A DNA stretch of 64,000 nucleotides, from NCBI GenBank assembly GCA_951406725.2, contig OX597817.1:100006001-100070000 (forward strand), in the 5' to 3' direction. Below, piece after piece: positions 54,176-64,000 of this stretch (positions are counted from its first letter, which is position 1; each line of letters opens with the position of its first letter). The translations under genes were made by a program, and so were the position numbers. The notes below the pieces were generated by a model. The model was given only the letters and a program-made list of their open reading frames with translations, was not told the DNA's origin and ran no database searches. The stretch comes from Octopus vulgaris (Eukaryota).

Positions 54176-54985
54176 GGCATAGTTTCGGTTGTAGTAGCAC
54201 AGATTTCCGTCGATTTCCGTAAAAAACTTTTATTTTTTTACATAAGTAATGAGAGCGAAAGAGACTAAGAGGAAGCGATTTTACGACGAGAAGGTTTCAC
54301 TTTGAAGTCGGCCTGTGTGTGTTTGATGGGGTGTGGGAGACAGACAGTATGTTGTGTAAGTGAAGTGCTTCTGTTAGTGTGTGTGAAGAGACAGACATAC
54401 ATATACACATACACCGAGTAAAAAATTACTATGAATCGGCCATACATACATACATACACACACACACATACATAGATACATACACACACACACACATACA
54501 TACATACATACACACACACATACTTACACACACACACACACACATAGATACATACACACACACACATACATGCAGACATACATATACACATACACCGAGT
54601 AAAAAATTACGATGAATCGGCCATACATACATACATACACACACACATACTTACACACACACACATACATAGATACATACACACACACACACATACATGC
54701 ATACATACATATACACATACACCGAGTAAAAAATCAGTTATCTCTCTCTTTCACACATTACTCTCTCTGTCTCTTCGCACACACTAACAGAAGCACTTCA
54801 CTTACACAACATACTGTCTGTCTCCCACACCCCATCAAACACACACAGGCCGACTTCAAAGTGAAACCTTCACGTCGTAAAATCGCTTCCTCTTAGTCTC
54901 TTTCGCTCTCATTACTTATGTAAAAAAATAAAAGTTTTTTACGGAAATCGACGGAAATCTGATCTACGACATGCGAAACTTCGCC
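54176..54985. mobile_element. Fold-back MITE with ~195-bp near-perfect arms and a microsatellite core
   Basis: 54200-54395 is the reverse complement of 54766-54961. Core has 3x ACACCGAGTAAAAA plus (CA/TA)n. Shares sequence with 59884-60271. Confidence 0.85.
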
Positions 54986-55815
54986 TAAATCTGTTTACTT
55001 AAGGCTGACCTGGATCAACAACAACTACATTCCTAACACCTTTAGAAAACAGCTAAACAATGCACAAACATAGTTCACTTATTTGTACACAATTGGTCAA
55101 CAGCGAGAAACAGTAGTGATTACACAAAAGAACACAAAATAATGTACTTCGAATCTCAAGTTGCACAGCACTCACAGATTACCTACACAGTGAAGTAAAA
55201 ACTCTAGACACAAAGACCATTTGGATAGGCAGATGAGACTATGACTTAGTGCAGTGCAAAATCTTTACAATCTTTATCACTATACTGAAATCACTCCTAA
55301 ACAAATCAACATATTTTCTTACTCAGTCCAGATAAACATATACAAAAAAAAAAAGAAGTAGCAACAGCATCAACAGTCTTTCAACATTGTATAAAGGAAA
55401 CAGCAACTATCACGCTCTGAACGAGTCCAATAACTAGAATCTACAGGTGTACAGAAATAGACTAGACAGTGGAGTGTACATATTCAGAATATCACACTGC
55501 ACCACGTGAAATTCACCACTGTATGTACAAATGTATGCATATAAGTACGTGCGTATGTCTATCGACGAAGGATATAAACAAGAGTAAGAAAATGGAATAG
55601 AAAACAAAGTCCTTCAAGATATTCGTTCCTGTCACTCTCGCCAATAGATATACATTAGAGACTTGTAACCAACGACGCTTTTGGTCATATACTACCATGG
55701 AAATTAAACGAATTAGGAGTTTGCATTTAAACCCTTCCTTTAATCTTTTTTTCTTATTAACCATATTGTGTAATATCAGAAAATATACGCAAGAAAAATC
55801 AAGAATAAAACTTAC

Positions 55816-55950
55816 GAAACCTTAGCGGGTAAAAAAATGTAGCTGTTGAAAGACGTCTGTTACATTACTCGATAAGACAACTTTTTGTTGAGATGGAGCA
55901 ACCTTGTCACCACTTGTCAGTAAACAGCATGCCGCAACACAAGACAAACA
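55816..55950 (-). other. Candidate non-coding first exon
   Basis: Donor TTC|GTAAGT at 55815 in a CpG-enriched zone. No ATG ORF reaches the donor. 5' boundary unknown. Confidence 0.3.
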
Positions 55951-56423
55951 TTACTATTTGAGCAAACTACGATACTGATAGATTTTTACCATATCTGTGC
56001 TATCTCATCAAGCTGTTTATAAAATACATTTTGGTGAATGAAGATTACATGCATTTTTATTAATAATTTAACCTATAAATATATACACAAGTACTTACAG
56101 CCAATTTTCGACAAATTAAGCAATTGAAAAAGCTATAAATTATATTAAAAAGGAGGTATATCGCTTTTCATTTCTAGGGGGTTTACCAAATTTACACGGT
56201 AATTTCATACAAGCTACTCAGGAAATACCCCCCCCCAATTCGTTTTAATACAAGGAATATGCTCTAAATATCAGATTTTATACGGAATTCCCTTCAAAGA
56301 CATTTCCCATCATTATAGGCCAACCAGAAAATAGGTATTTATAATTGTCAAAAATATTTATAAATAAGCGAAAATTTAAAGCGTATAAACTTACCAAAAA
56401 TGAGTATATAGTAACACTTATGA

Positions 56424-56784
56424 CAGAGGTAAAGGACAAGGATCACACCCCTTTTCTTTTACTTTTTTCCTACAGAAACCCACCTTTTCGGCTGCGGAGA
56501 TTCCTAATCAGAAAAAAAAAATCGGCATTTCAAAATTTTAATTCCCCCCACCTTTTTTTTTTCACTTGTTTTAGAATTTTTTTTTTGGGGGGGGGGGAAA
56601 TACGTAGAAAAACACGGAGTTTATGATTCTGAAAAAAATTGTAAAATTTCAATTTTTCAAAAAAAAAAAAAAACTAAATTTCTGAAATGCCGGGTTTTTT
56701 TTTCTGCAGTCGAACAGGTGGGTTTCTGTAGAAAAAAAAGTAATAATAAACGAAAGGGGGTGCTGTCCATGTCCTTTACCTCTG
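56424..56784. mobile_element. MITE with long imperfect TIRs
   Basis: CAGAGGTAAAGGACA..CTACAGAAACCCACC..CGGCATTTCA vs TGAAATGCCG..GGTGGGTTTCTGTAG..TGTCCTTTACCTCTG. ACTTA occurs on both flanks. Confidence 0.8.
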
Positions 56785-57354
56785 CCCACTTAACTTTGTG
56801 GGTATGTGTGTGGCAACCAGCGAAATAGCCAGAACTAGAAATAACAACGCGCGGTTAACCTTCAAGTTCTTTACTACATAATTCATTAGTTCAACTTTCA
56901 CACACTATTCAATCTATGTACCTTTTGATAGTTTCACTATAATCCAATATTCGTAGTATGAGGACTAACAGCAAACTGCACGTCTTCTATATCAATTGTA
57001 CTGACATTTAAACGTTTGATATTTTATGTAATACTAAAGTTACAAAAGAAAAAGAAAGAAATTGAAACTAAGACTAACATTTATTTTCCTTGGAATAGTG
57101 ACAGATGCATGTATTAATAAAAATAAAAAGAAATTTGAGTATTATGTAGTAATAAAAATGATTTAGCGTACTGTTCATAAGGTTTTCGGAGAAAGAAAAG
57201 TGATGATAAAACAATTTGGACATAACTATGGTAATTTCCACCTTGTATATTTATAGATGCATGCATGCAAGAGTTGTTCATCTGGAAAATCAAGCATCAC
57301 AATCTGAATGAAATGGAATGGTTTCAATTGGTAAAATTATTATTGAATACTCAC

Positions 57355-57391
57355 CTTTATTAAGAAGTGGAACACTGGATTTGAGTGACAT
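57355..57391 (-). CDS. Candidate first coding exon, MSLKSSVPLLNK + 1 nt (phase 1)
   Basis: ATT-ATG (A at -3), 37 nt open, consensus donor AAG|GTGAGT. Lies ~80 bp from an ETS-CRE motif. Confidence 0.55.
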
Positions 57392-57439
57392 AATCAACCA
57401 GTCATACAATAGTCAATGCTCCACTAATGTTTCTCTCAA

Positions 57440-58110
57440 CTTAATATCATGACGACAACGCGTTGACAGGAAGTGACGTGATATTGTATCTCATGGCTTT
57501 CGTCTGAACTTATCGATACAATTGTTTGAGATGAACAGAAAATCACTATGAGATTTGTAGTATACATGCATCTTCCTCTATAATATATATATACTTTCTA
57601 ACCGCTTGCGATAAATGTTATTTATTTATAACGAAGTCTTAATGAAAGTTATTTAGAACAGAATTAAAAGAAACTGTGTAGTCCTGATGAATTGTCACAC
57701 AGAAAGTGGGGATTTATTCGATTATTTTAAAATTAAAAAATGAATTAAATTTTATTATTATTTTCTTTCGTCTGTAATTTATAACTTACGGACATTTCTC
57801 TAAGTAGGAACTACCTAACTGGCATGGTATTTTACTAATCACTGAAGAGCGATTTTAGGGTACTGCCTTCATATCGACCTGAATATTTGTTCATGTATTT
57901 CTTATTTTATCTATTTTTATACGTCGAACTACAAGACATAAAGGAGTAACAAATAATATAAATTTTGTAACCAAACGAAAGAATAGGTCGTGTTCAGGGA
58001 GAAGTAAATAAAATATAATTTAATCAAGTTAAAACTGACAATACATTTATAAAACCCAAGTTCCAAAATGATAACTGATAACTCCAAACGGAAGTGACGT
58101 AAAACATATT
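57440..58110. promoter_or_regulatory. Candidate bidirectional promoter
   Basis: CAGGAAGTGACGT at 57467-57479, CGGAAGTGACGT at 58089-58100, DRE TATCGATA at 57511-57518, YY1-like CGGCGCCATTT nearby at 58372-58382. Divergent ATG exons on either side. Confidence 0.65.
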
Positions 58111-58159
58111 TAATGTTTACGAGAACACAACTTTGTTCTCGTGAAATATATCTCATCTG

Positions 58160-58197
58160 ATGGAACAATTTGACGTCTTCGGAAACGAAGGCTTTCG
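58160..58197 (+). CDS. Candidate first coding exon of a divergent gene, MEQFDVFGNEGF + 2 nt
   Basis: ATG-G lies 60 bp downstream of the ETS-CRE motif and is open to donor TCG|GTAAAT, followed by T-rich intron-like DNA. Confidence 0.45.
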
Positions 58198-59783
58198 GTA
58201 AATTTCTTCATAAAATGTAGGTTGGATATTATTCTTTCTTAATATATTTTGATTGGTTGCTTATATGTTTATTTTGAAAAAATTCTGCATTTATATTAAC
58301 GATCATTAAAAAAACATATTTTAATCTCCAGTCGCAGCTATTGCTTTTCCATGGGTTTTCAATTCCAAACCCGGCGCCATTTCAGAGTTCCGAATTTCTT
58401 TGTCCATATCTGATCATTTATATTTTCTTATATTACTAAATTTTCTTTCAACATTTCTAAGCAATTCATTTTGCATCTTGAACATGTCCGATAATGGATT
58501 ATTTATATTTCAATGAACCGTTATGTTTACTCCCCAAAAGAAATTCTTCCTTGCCGGTATGAAGACATACGTTCCTAAGTCAATACAAAAGGGTTTCCAG
58601 TTTGTGTGTGTGTGAGTGTAAAGAAATATTTATGATTATATTGCTTGATCTAAGAATAAAAACTTACTAAAACACGAGATTGTTGGTTATAGAGATAGTA
58701 CGATAGCCTTTTATTTTTTATTGTTCTACAAAACCAAAACCTCGGAAACCATCGCGATGTGTATATGATGTGTAACCTATTTCAACCTCTTTCTATGTAG
58801 TTAACAACATCGTCAATGATATCAAATATACTACTTCATGCCTCATCATTCATATATACAACGACTGCGTGCCTTATCATTCATAAATATAAATACTTAC
58901 CAAGACACACCTAAACATTTCTGAAACTTGATCTTAAAATGTTTCTCATCTGGTCCATCCAAATTTACCCCCAATAATATCGTGCAAAGAAAAACTAGAT
59001 GATTCAAATTATCCTAAATGAACTTTATGGAAAACAAAGTCTATTCTAGATTTAACTCGTTTATACCTGAGAACAACAGCATAGTCAGACATGCGGTGTG
59101 TGTGATGTTACAGCTCGGACATGTTACTCTCACCACTTTGTTGTTTTAGTTCATCTCAGATCTATTATCAAAGGCGTCCTAGCCGTGACTACCTCATCTT
59201 TTCATGTGTCAAGGTCTACATTGTTCGATATATCGATTATATAAGACGCTAGGGTGTGATTTGAGGGTAATTTTTGTAGATCGAGCAGCAAAAATTGTGA
59301 CTAGATTGGTGCTCTGAAAAAAAATTTATATTGTTTAGTAAATATTTGCAGTGATATGCTTTTGAGTGACTATGATTATAAATAATATATTTAAACACAT
59401 ATTTCGAATCACTGTCCACTTCGACTTTGTTACCTCATAACGCTCTTTAAAATGTATATTTTAAATAGAATTTTGCAGAACTACGTTTTCAAGAGCATAG
59501 ATTATATAATATTCATGTTTCAAACATATAAAACTGAAAAATAACGAGACTTACCTTAAGTTATAGGAATTGCTCGTAACTAAGTCGGTGGAGGAGAATA
59601 ATCCGAAACGTTTTTTGATTTGTTTTGTTGTTCTGCATTTTATCTATATAGTTATAATCTACACACTCTCGAAAATGTATTTCTGCAAAATGTGATTTAA
59701 AAATATGCATTTTAATGAGTGTTATGAGGAAACAAAGTCGAGATTGGGAAGAACGATTCAAAACTTCTCTAATAACAATTTTT

Positions 59784-60895
59784 GGATCTTTTCCTTTTGA
59801 ACGGCAGTTTTCAACACAATTTCTAGTTAACTAAACACTTTTAAACTTCGTATACTGGTAGAATGTGTCAAAATAAAACATTTGGCAATCTTTCGTCTCT
59901 AGTAGACCTTTCCGTCGATTTCCGTAAATTTTTTTTTTTTTTTTTTTTACATATGGGCTTGCGGGAACTTTTGAAGTAATGAGAGCGAAAGAGACTAAGA
60001 GGGAAGTTCTTTTGAAGTTACCGTGCATGGGAGCATTGATGTACATGTGTGTGTGTGTGTGTGTTTCATGGGGTGTGGGAGACAGACAGTATGTTGTGTA
60101 AGTGAAGTGCTTCTGTTAGTGTGTGTGAAAGAAAGAGATAACTGAAATTTTTTTTCGGTGTATGTGTATATGTATGTATATTACTTCAAAAGTTCCCGCA
60201 AGCCCATATGTAAAAAAAAAAAAATTTTTACGGAAATCGACGGAAAGGTCTACTAGAGACGAAAGATCGCCAAACATTTTTTTTCTCTTGGCTTTCTTGA
60301 GAAAATTATAATTTGTAAGTTTAACGTAGTTTAATTTTTGGAATTTTAACCAATCGTATGGCCTCTATTGAGCTAAAATCATTTGCTGCGTCTAAAACAG
60401 ACAACATCCTGTCACTAACCCTAACTTTTAGCCTTTCGTTTTTTTTTTTCTTAATTGTTAAATTAATTTAAGGATAACAATTAAGAAAAAAAAAAAACGA
60501 AAGCAATGGAAAATAATTTTAATTTAACAATTAAGAAAAAAAAACGAAAGCAAAAACTCAAAACAAAACGAATAATTTTAGACACGCGTAACAATTAAAT
60601 TAATTTAACAATTAAGAAAAAAAAAATGAAAGGCTAAAATTTAGGGTTAGGGTTGGGGTGAAGGTTAGAGTTAGGGTTAGTGACAGGATGTTGTCTCAGT
60701 TTTAGACGCAGCAAATGATTTTAGCTCAATAATTCGAAAAATTAAACTATGTTACACTTACAAATTACAATTTTCTCAAGAAAGCCAAGAGAAAAAAATG
60801 TTTTATTTTGACACATTCTACCAGTATACGAAGTTTAAAAGTGTTTAGTTAACTAGAAATTGTGTTGAAAACTGCCGTTCAAAAGGAAAGGATCC
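59784..60895. mobile_element. Fold-back non-autonomous DNA transposon, GG..CC ends, 8-bp TSD (Merlin-like)
   Basis: TIR GGATCTTTTCCTTTTGAACGGCAG / CTGCCGTTCAAAAGGAAAGGATCC. TSD CAATTTTT at 59776-59783 and 60896-60903. Arms are ~300 bp once the inner insert is removed. Confidence 0.85.
59884..60271. mobile_element. Second GG..CC MITE nested in the left TIR of the element above
   Basis: ~95-bp TIRs GGCAATCTTTCGTCTCTAGTAGACC / GGTCTACTAGAGACGAAAGATCGCC. TSD AAACATTT at 59876-59883 and 60272-60279. Confidence 0.88.
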
Positions 60896-61476
60896 CAATT
60901 TTTTAACGTTATTAATGTAGTTGTAATGTACATTCTCGAAAACGTATCTGCAAAATTTCATTTAAAAATATGGTATAGTTTTACTATTATACCCGTTTCA
61001 CTTTATAAATGTGATTTACCTAATGAACGAGTGGTTTTCCGATGATTTTAATGGTCAGATTTTTTCAAACCTCAAAACCATAGGAAGGACATGGGCGGGG
61101 GTCGGTTGTTTGCCACCCAACTCCACTCTCCCCACAAATTTTCCCGTCATTTTAACTGTATTTTTGTTCTTTTACATTTAATCAGGAAACATAGGTGATA
61201 ATTTTAGTTCCTGCACTGTTATTTTGTTAACAGCGTAGCATCTATAACCCTAAACACTTTATGTTACCTAAATTCTGAAATATGATAGATTTGTTTGATC
61301 AGAAACAAATTTCTTGAGACGTCAAATGTTTTTTATCGTTTTTCGTCTCATTTCCACTCTTGTTTTCTTTTAGAATTGACATAACTTTCTAAAATAGTGC
61401 AGCATATGCTGCATTATTCTTTATTAACACTCCAAATAAAAATGTGATAGTGGATGTCAGAATATGATTCTTTATC

Positions 61477-62015
61477 GAACGTTGGGCCTCACAGAGGCAA
61501 TGACAAGAAACTGAGACCTTTGGAAATATGCTGTGATCAAGGAGACCCAGCAAGTAAAGTGAGATCACAGCTGTGGCTGATACCAGTTTCGCATAACCAG
61601 TCAATTTAAAAGTACCCTTGAATTGCGGGGCAACATGCTGTGTTTGAGAAGACATGTTAAGTCAAGTGAAATCGTAGTTGTAGTTGATGTCAGGGCTCCC
61701 TGACTGGCTCTCCATGCTGGTGGCATGTAATAACATCATTCAGGCGTGAGTCAATGCCAGGGCCGCCTGACTGGCTCTCCGTGCCGGTGGCACATAAAAA
61801 GCACCATCCAAACGTGGTTGATACCAGTGCTGCCTGACTGGCTCCTGTACCAGTGGCATGTAAAAAGCACCCACTACACTTTCAGAGTGGTTGGTGTTAG
61901 GAAGGGCATCCAGCTGTAGAAACCTTGCCAGATCAGACTGGAGCTTGGTGCAGCCTACTGGCTTGCTAGTCCTTTGTCAAACCGTCCACCTATGCCAGCA
62001 TGAGAAACGGACGTC
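61477..62015 (+). mobile_element. RTE LINE 3' end with tandem-repeat 3'UTR
   Basis: Start matches the RTE ORF end at 27793-27860. Three GACTGGCTC..GGTGGCAYRTAA units, then the GGAAGGGCATCCAGCTGTAGAAAC tail. Confidence 0.8.
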
Positions 62016-63115
62016 AGTTGCTGAAATCTACTGGGTAGGATTCACTACTTACTCTATAACATCAAATTTAATGTAGACTATTTTGTAAGTAACAAATTTA
62101 TAAGCATTAACTGGAATATGTCTCAAAGATTTTTTTGACTTCATATACTTATTAAATGTCCAGAGCAAGTATTGTATGTAGCTCATCACCTTTTAAATAT
62201 AGTAATAAATCTTTTGATACTTTTCAGTTGTGATTCAAAGGTTTCTTTCACTTTTTCACATGCTAACATAACTGTAATGGTGTAAGTTCAATATGTACTG
62301 TTGTCACCACCTTCATTGAATGTTCCAAAAGTGATAGTAAACAACAGTTATGTCAGTGCTGCTGGGAGTCCTCATCAAAATTAAGCAGCACACTCTGGTT
62401 CCCATGCTATTCAGCATATAATGACAGACAGTCAAACATGTATATGCTTGCTTGAGAAGAGCTCCAGAGTAAAATGCCAGGATTTCATGTACTAGAGAAA
62501 ATAAACTATATTAAATATGCAAAGTGAATTATTAAAGAAAAATATCATGGTTTGATCAGGATTCAAATTGAAAATATTTCTTGAAAGTGTTAAAGAGTTA
62601 TGAACTGTTGAACTAAGTAGAGTTAAGGTTTAGCAAATGAATAATACAGTGGTAAAACTGACTGATTGAATTCTGTTTGTAATATGATCAACTGATATGC
62701 ACTTAGCATGCCTCTGTTTAGAGAGAATTTTTTACATGACAATACTAAAATCGTTTATTGTCACCAAAGCCACTCAGAATTTACTTCCATTATTTCTTTT
62801 ACTTCTTTCAGTCATTAGACAGTGGGGCATGCTGGGGCACTGGCCTTGAAGAATTTTTAGCTGACTGAATTGACACCAGAACTTATTCTTTTATGAGCCT
62901 GGTATTCTCTTAGTTCCTTTTGCTGAATTGTTAAGTTACAAGATGTAAATATACCAACACCAGTTATCAAGCAGTGGTGGGAGACAAACACACACGCATG
63001 CATGCACATGTGTGTGTATGTGTATATATATATGTGTGTGTGTGTGCGACCGCATGTGTATTGTTGGCAAATTTTTTCTTCCGTCTTCCCTTCCTTGGAT
63101 CTTTCCTTTTCCTAT

Positions 63116-63150
63116 GTTTCTGACGAAGAGCTCCGCTCGAAACGTTAAAT
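63116..63150 (+). ncRNA. Minimal hammerhead ribozyme-like motif (Penelope type)
   Basis: CTGACGA-A-[GAGC TCC GCTC]-GAAAC-GTT, with palindromic AACGTT stem III and short stem I GTTT/AAAT. Confidence 0.6.
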
Positions 63151-63269
63151 CCTCCTTCTTTCTTTCCTTTCCTGAGCGTCCAATAACACTATACTTCTCC
63201 ATGTCCTCGCGTTGTTGTGTTTTCATGTTTGGATTAACTATGTATATATATATATATATGGTTGCGATA

Positions 63270-63732
63270 CCTGTGCCGGTGGCATGTAAAATGCACCATC
63301 CATATGTGGCCGATGCCAGCGCCGCCTTGACTGGCTTCTGTGCCGGTGGCATGTAAAAAGCAATAACCGTTCGTGCCCATTGCCAGCCTGCCCTGGCACC
63401 TGTGCTGGTGGCACGTAAAAAGCACCATCCGTATGTGGCCATTGCCAGCCTACCCTTGCACCTGTGCTGGTGGCACCTAAAAAGCACCATCCGTATGTGG
63501 CCGATGCCTGCGCCGCCTTGACTGGCTTCCGTATCGGTGGCACGTAAAAACCACCAACCGGATCGTGGCCATTGCCAGCCTCCCTTGGCACCTGTGCCGG
63601 TGACACGTAAAAAAGCACCCACTACACTCATGGAGTAGTTGGCATTAGGAAGGGCATCCAGCTGTAGAAACACTGCCAGATCAGTATGTGACCGATGCCA
63701 GCACCTCCTTGACTGGCTTCCGTGCCGATGGT
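63270..63732 (+). repeat. Tandem array of ~62-67-nt hairpin units in an RTE 3'UTR
   Basis: Six copies of GTGCCGGTGGCACGTAAAAAGCACC with two linker types, plus a partial unit at ~63684-63732. Confidence 0.85.
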
Positions 63733-64000
63733 ACAGTCTGGTACAGCCTCCTGGTTCTCAGACCCCGGTCGAACCATCCAACCCATGCTAGCATGGAAAA
63801 TGGACGTTAAACGATGATGATCATCATCATACACACAATGGGATTCTTTCAGTTTCCATCTACCAAATTCACTCACAAAGTTTTGGTCAGCCTGAGGTTA
63901 TAGTAGATGACACTTGCCCAAGGTGCCAAGTAGTGGGACTGAACCCAGAACCATGTGGTCAGGAAGCAAACTTATTATACAATCACACCTGAACATTGTG

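Larger units (their letters stand above)
62797..63990 (-). mobile_element. SINE (8790 family) split by Penelope-end and RTE-3'UTR inserts
   Basis: SINE tail at 62797-62995 and head at 63835-63990, with inserts at 63045-63240 and 63260-63830 in its microsatellite core. Confidence 0.75.

Noticed and set aside
21012-57391. Spliced ~58-aa hydrophobic microprotein joining 57355, 32072, 21120 and 21030 segments
   Set aside because: It needs a weak acceptor at 21211 with no polypyrimidine tract, and the frame compatibility could be chance.
57685-57710. CTGATGA..GAAA hammerhead-like cores (also at ~46710-46737)
   Set aside because: No convincing stems I-III.
60646-60680. Telomere or chromosome-fusion scar
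   Set aside because: Only a few degenerate units, lying inside a transposon arm bounded by TSDs.
63270-63620. CRISPR-like repeat-spacer appearance
   Set aside because: The spacers are homologous to each other, there are no cas genes, and the context is a eukaryotic RTE 3'UTR.
62936-63673. 245-aa ORF
   Set aside because: It is an antisense read-through of tandem repeats and microsatellites.

Overview
AT-rich, repeat-dense eukaryotic DNA. The repeat families (tRNA-derived SINEs with microsatellite cores, RTE and CR1 LINEs, Penelope, Tc1/mariner, hAT, Gypsy, Helitron) suggest an octopus/coleoid cephalopod; this is inference, not a database match. There is no complete host gene. Nearly all long ORFs are decayed transposon proteins or microsatellite artefacts. 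Two CpG-enriched promoter-like zones (~2.1-6.7 kb and ~55.5-59.7 kb) bracket what looks like a >50 kb minus-strand intronic region. The right zone looks like a bidirectional promoter: two ETS-CRE motifs, DRE and YY1 motifs, and divergent short ATG exons ending in GT donors. Three short minus-strand ATG exon candidates (57355-57391, 32072-32111, 2931-2967) all end in phase 1, consistent with alternative N-termini. The most striking unexplained structure is a series of at least eight long inverted repeats or fold-backs. Several are not recognisable transposons, one covers an exon candidate and another flanks an exon copy. They are candidate ADAR/dsRNA substrates. Other items are a nested GG..CC/8-bp-TSD fold-back transposon pair, a 5.1 kb hAT shell with nested inserts and a Penelope-type minimal hammerhead ribozyme. 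Repeat boundaries were read by eye and are approximate unless a TSD is quoted.
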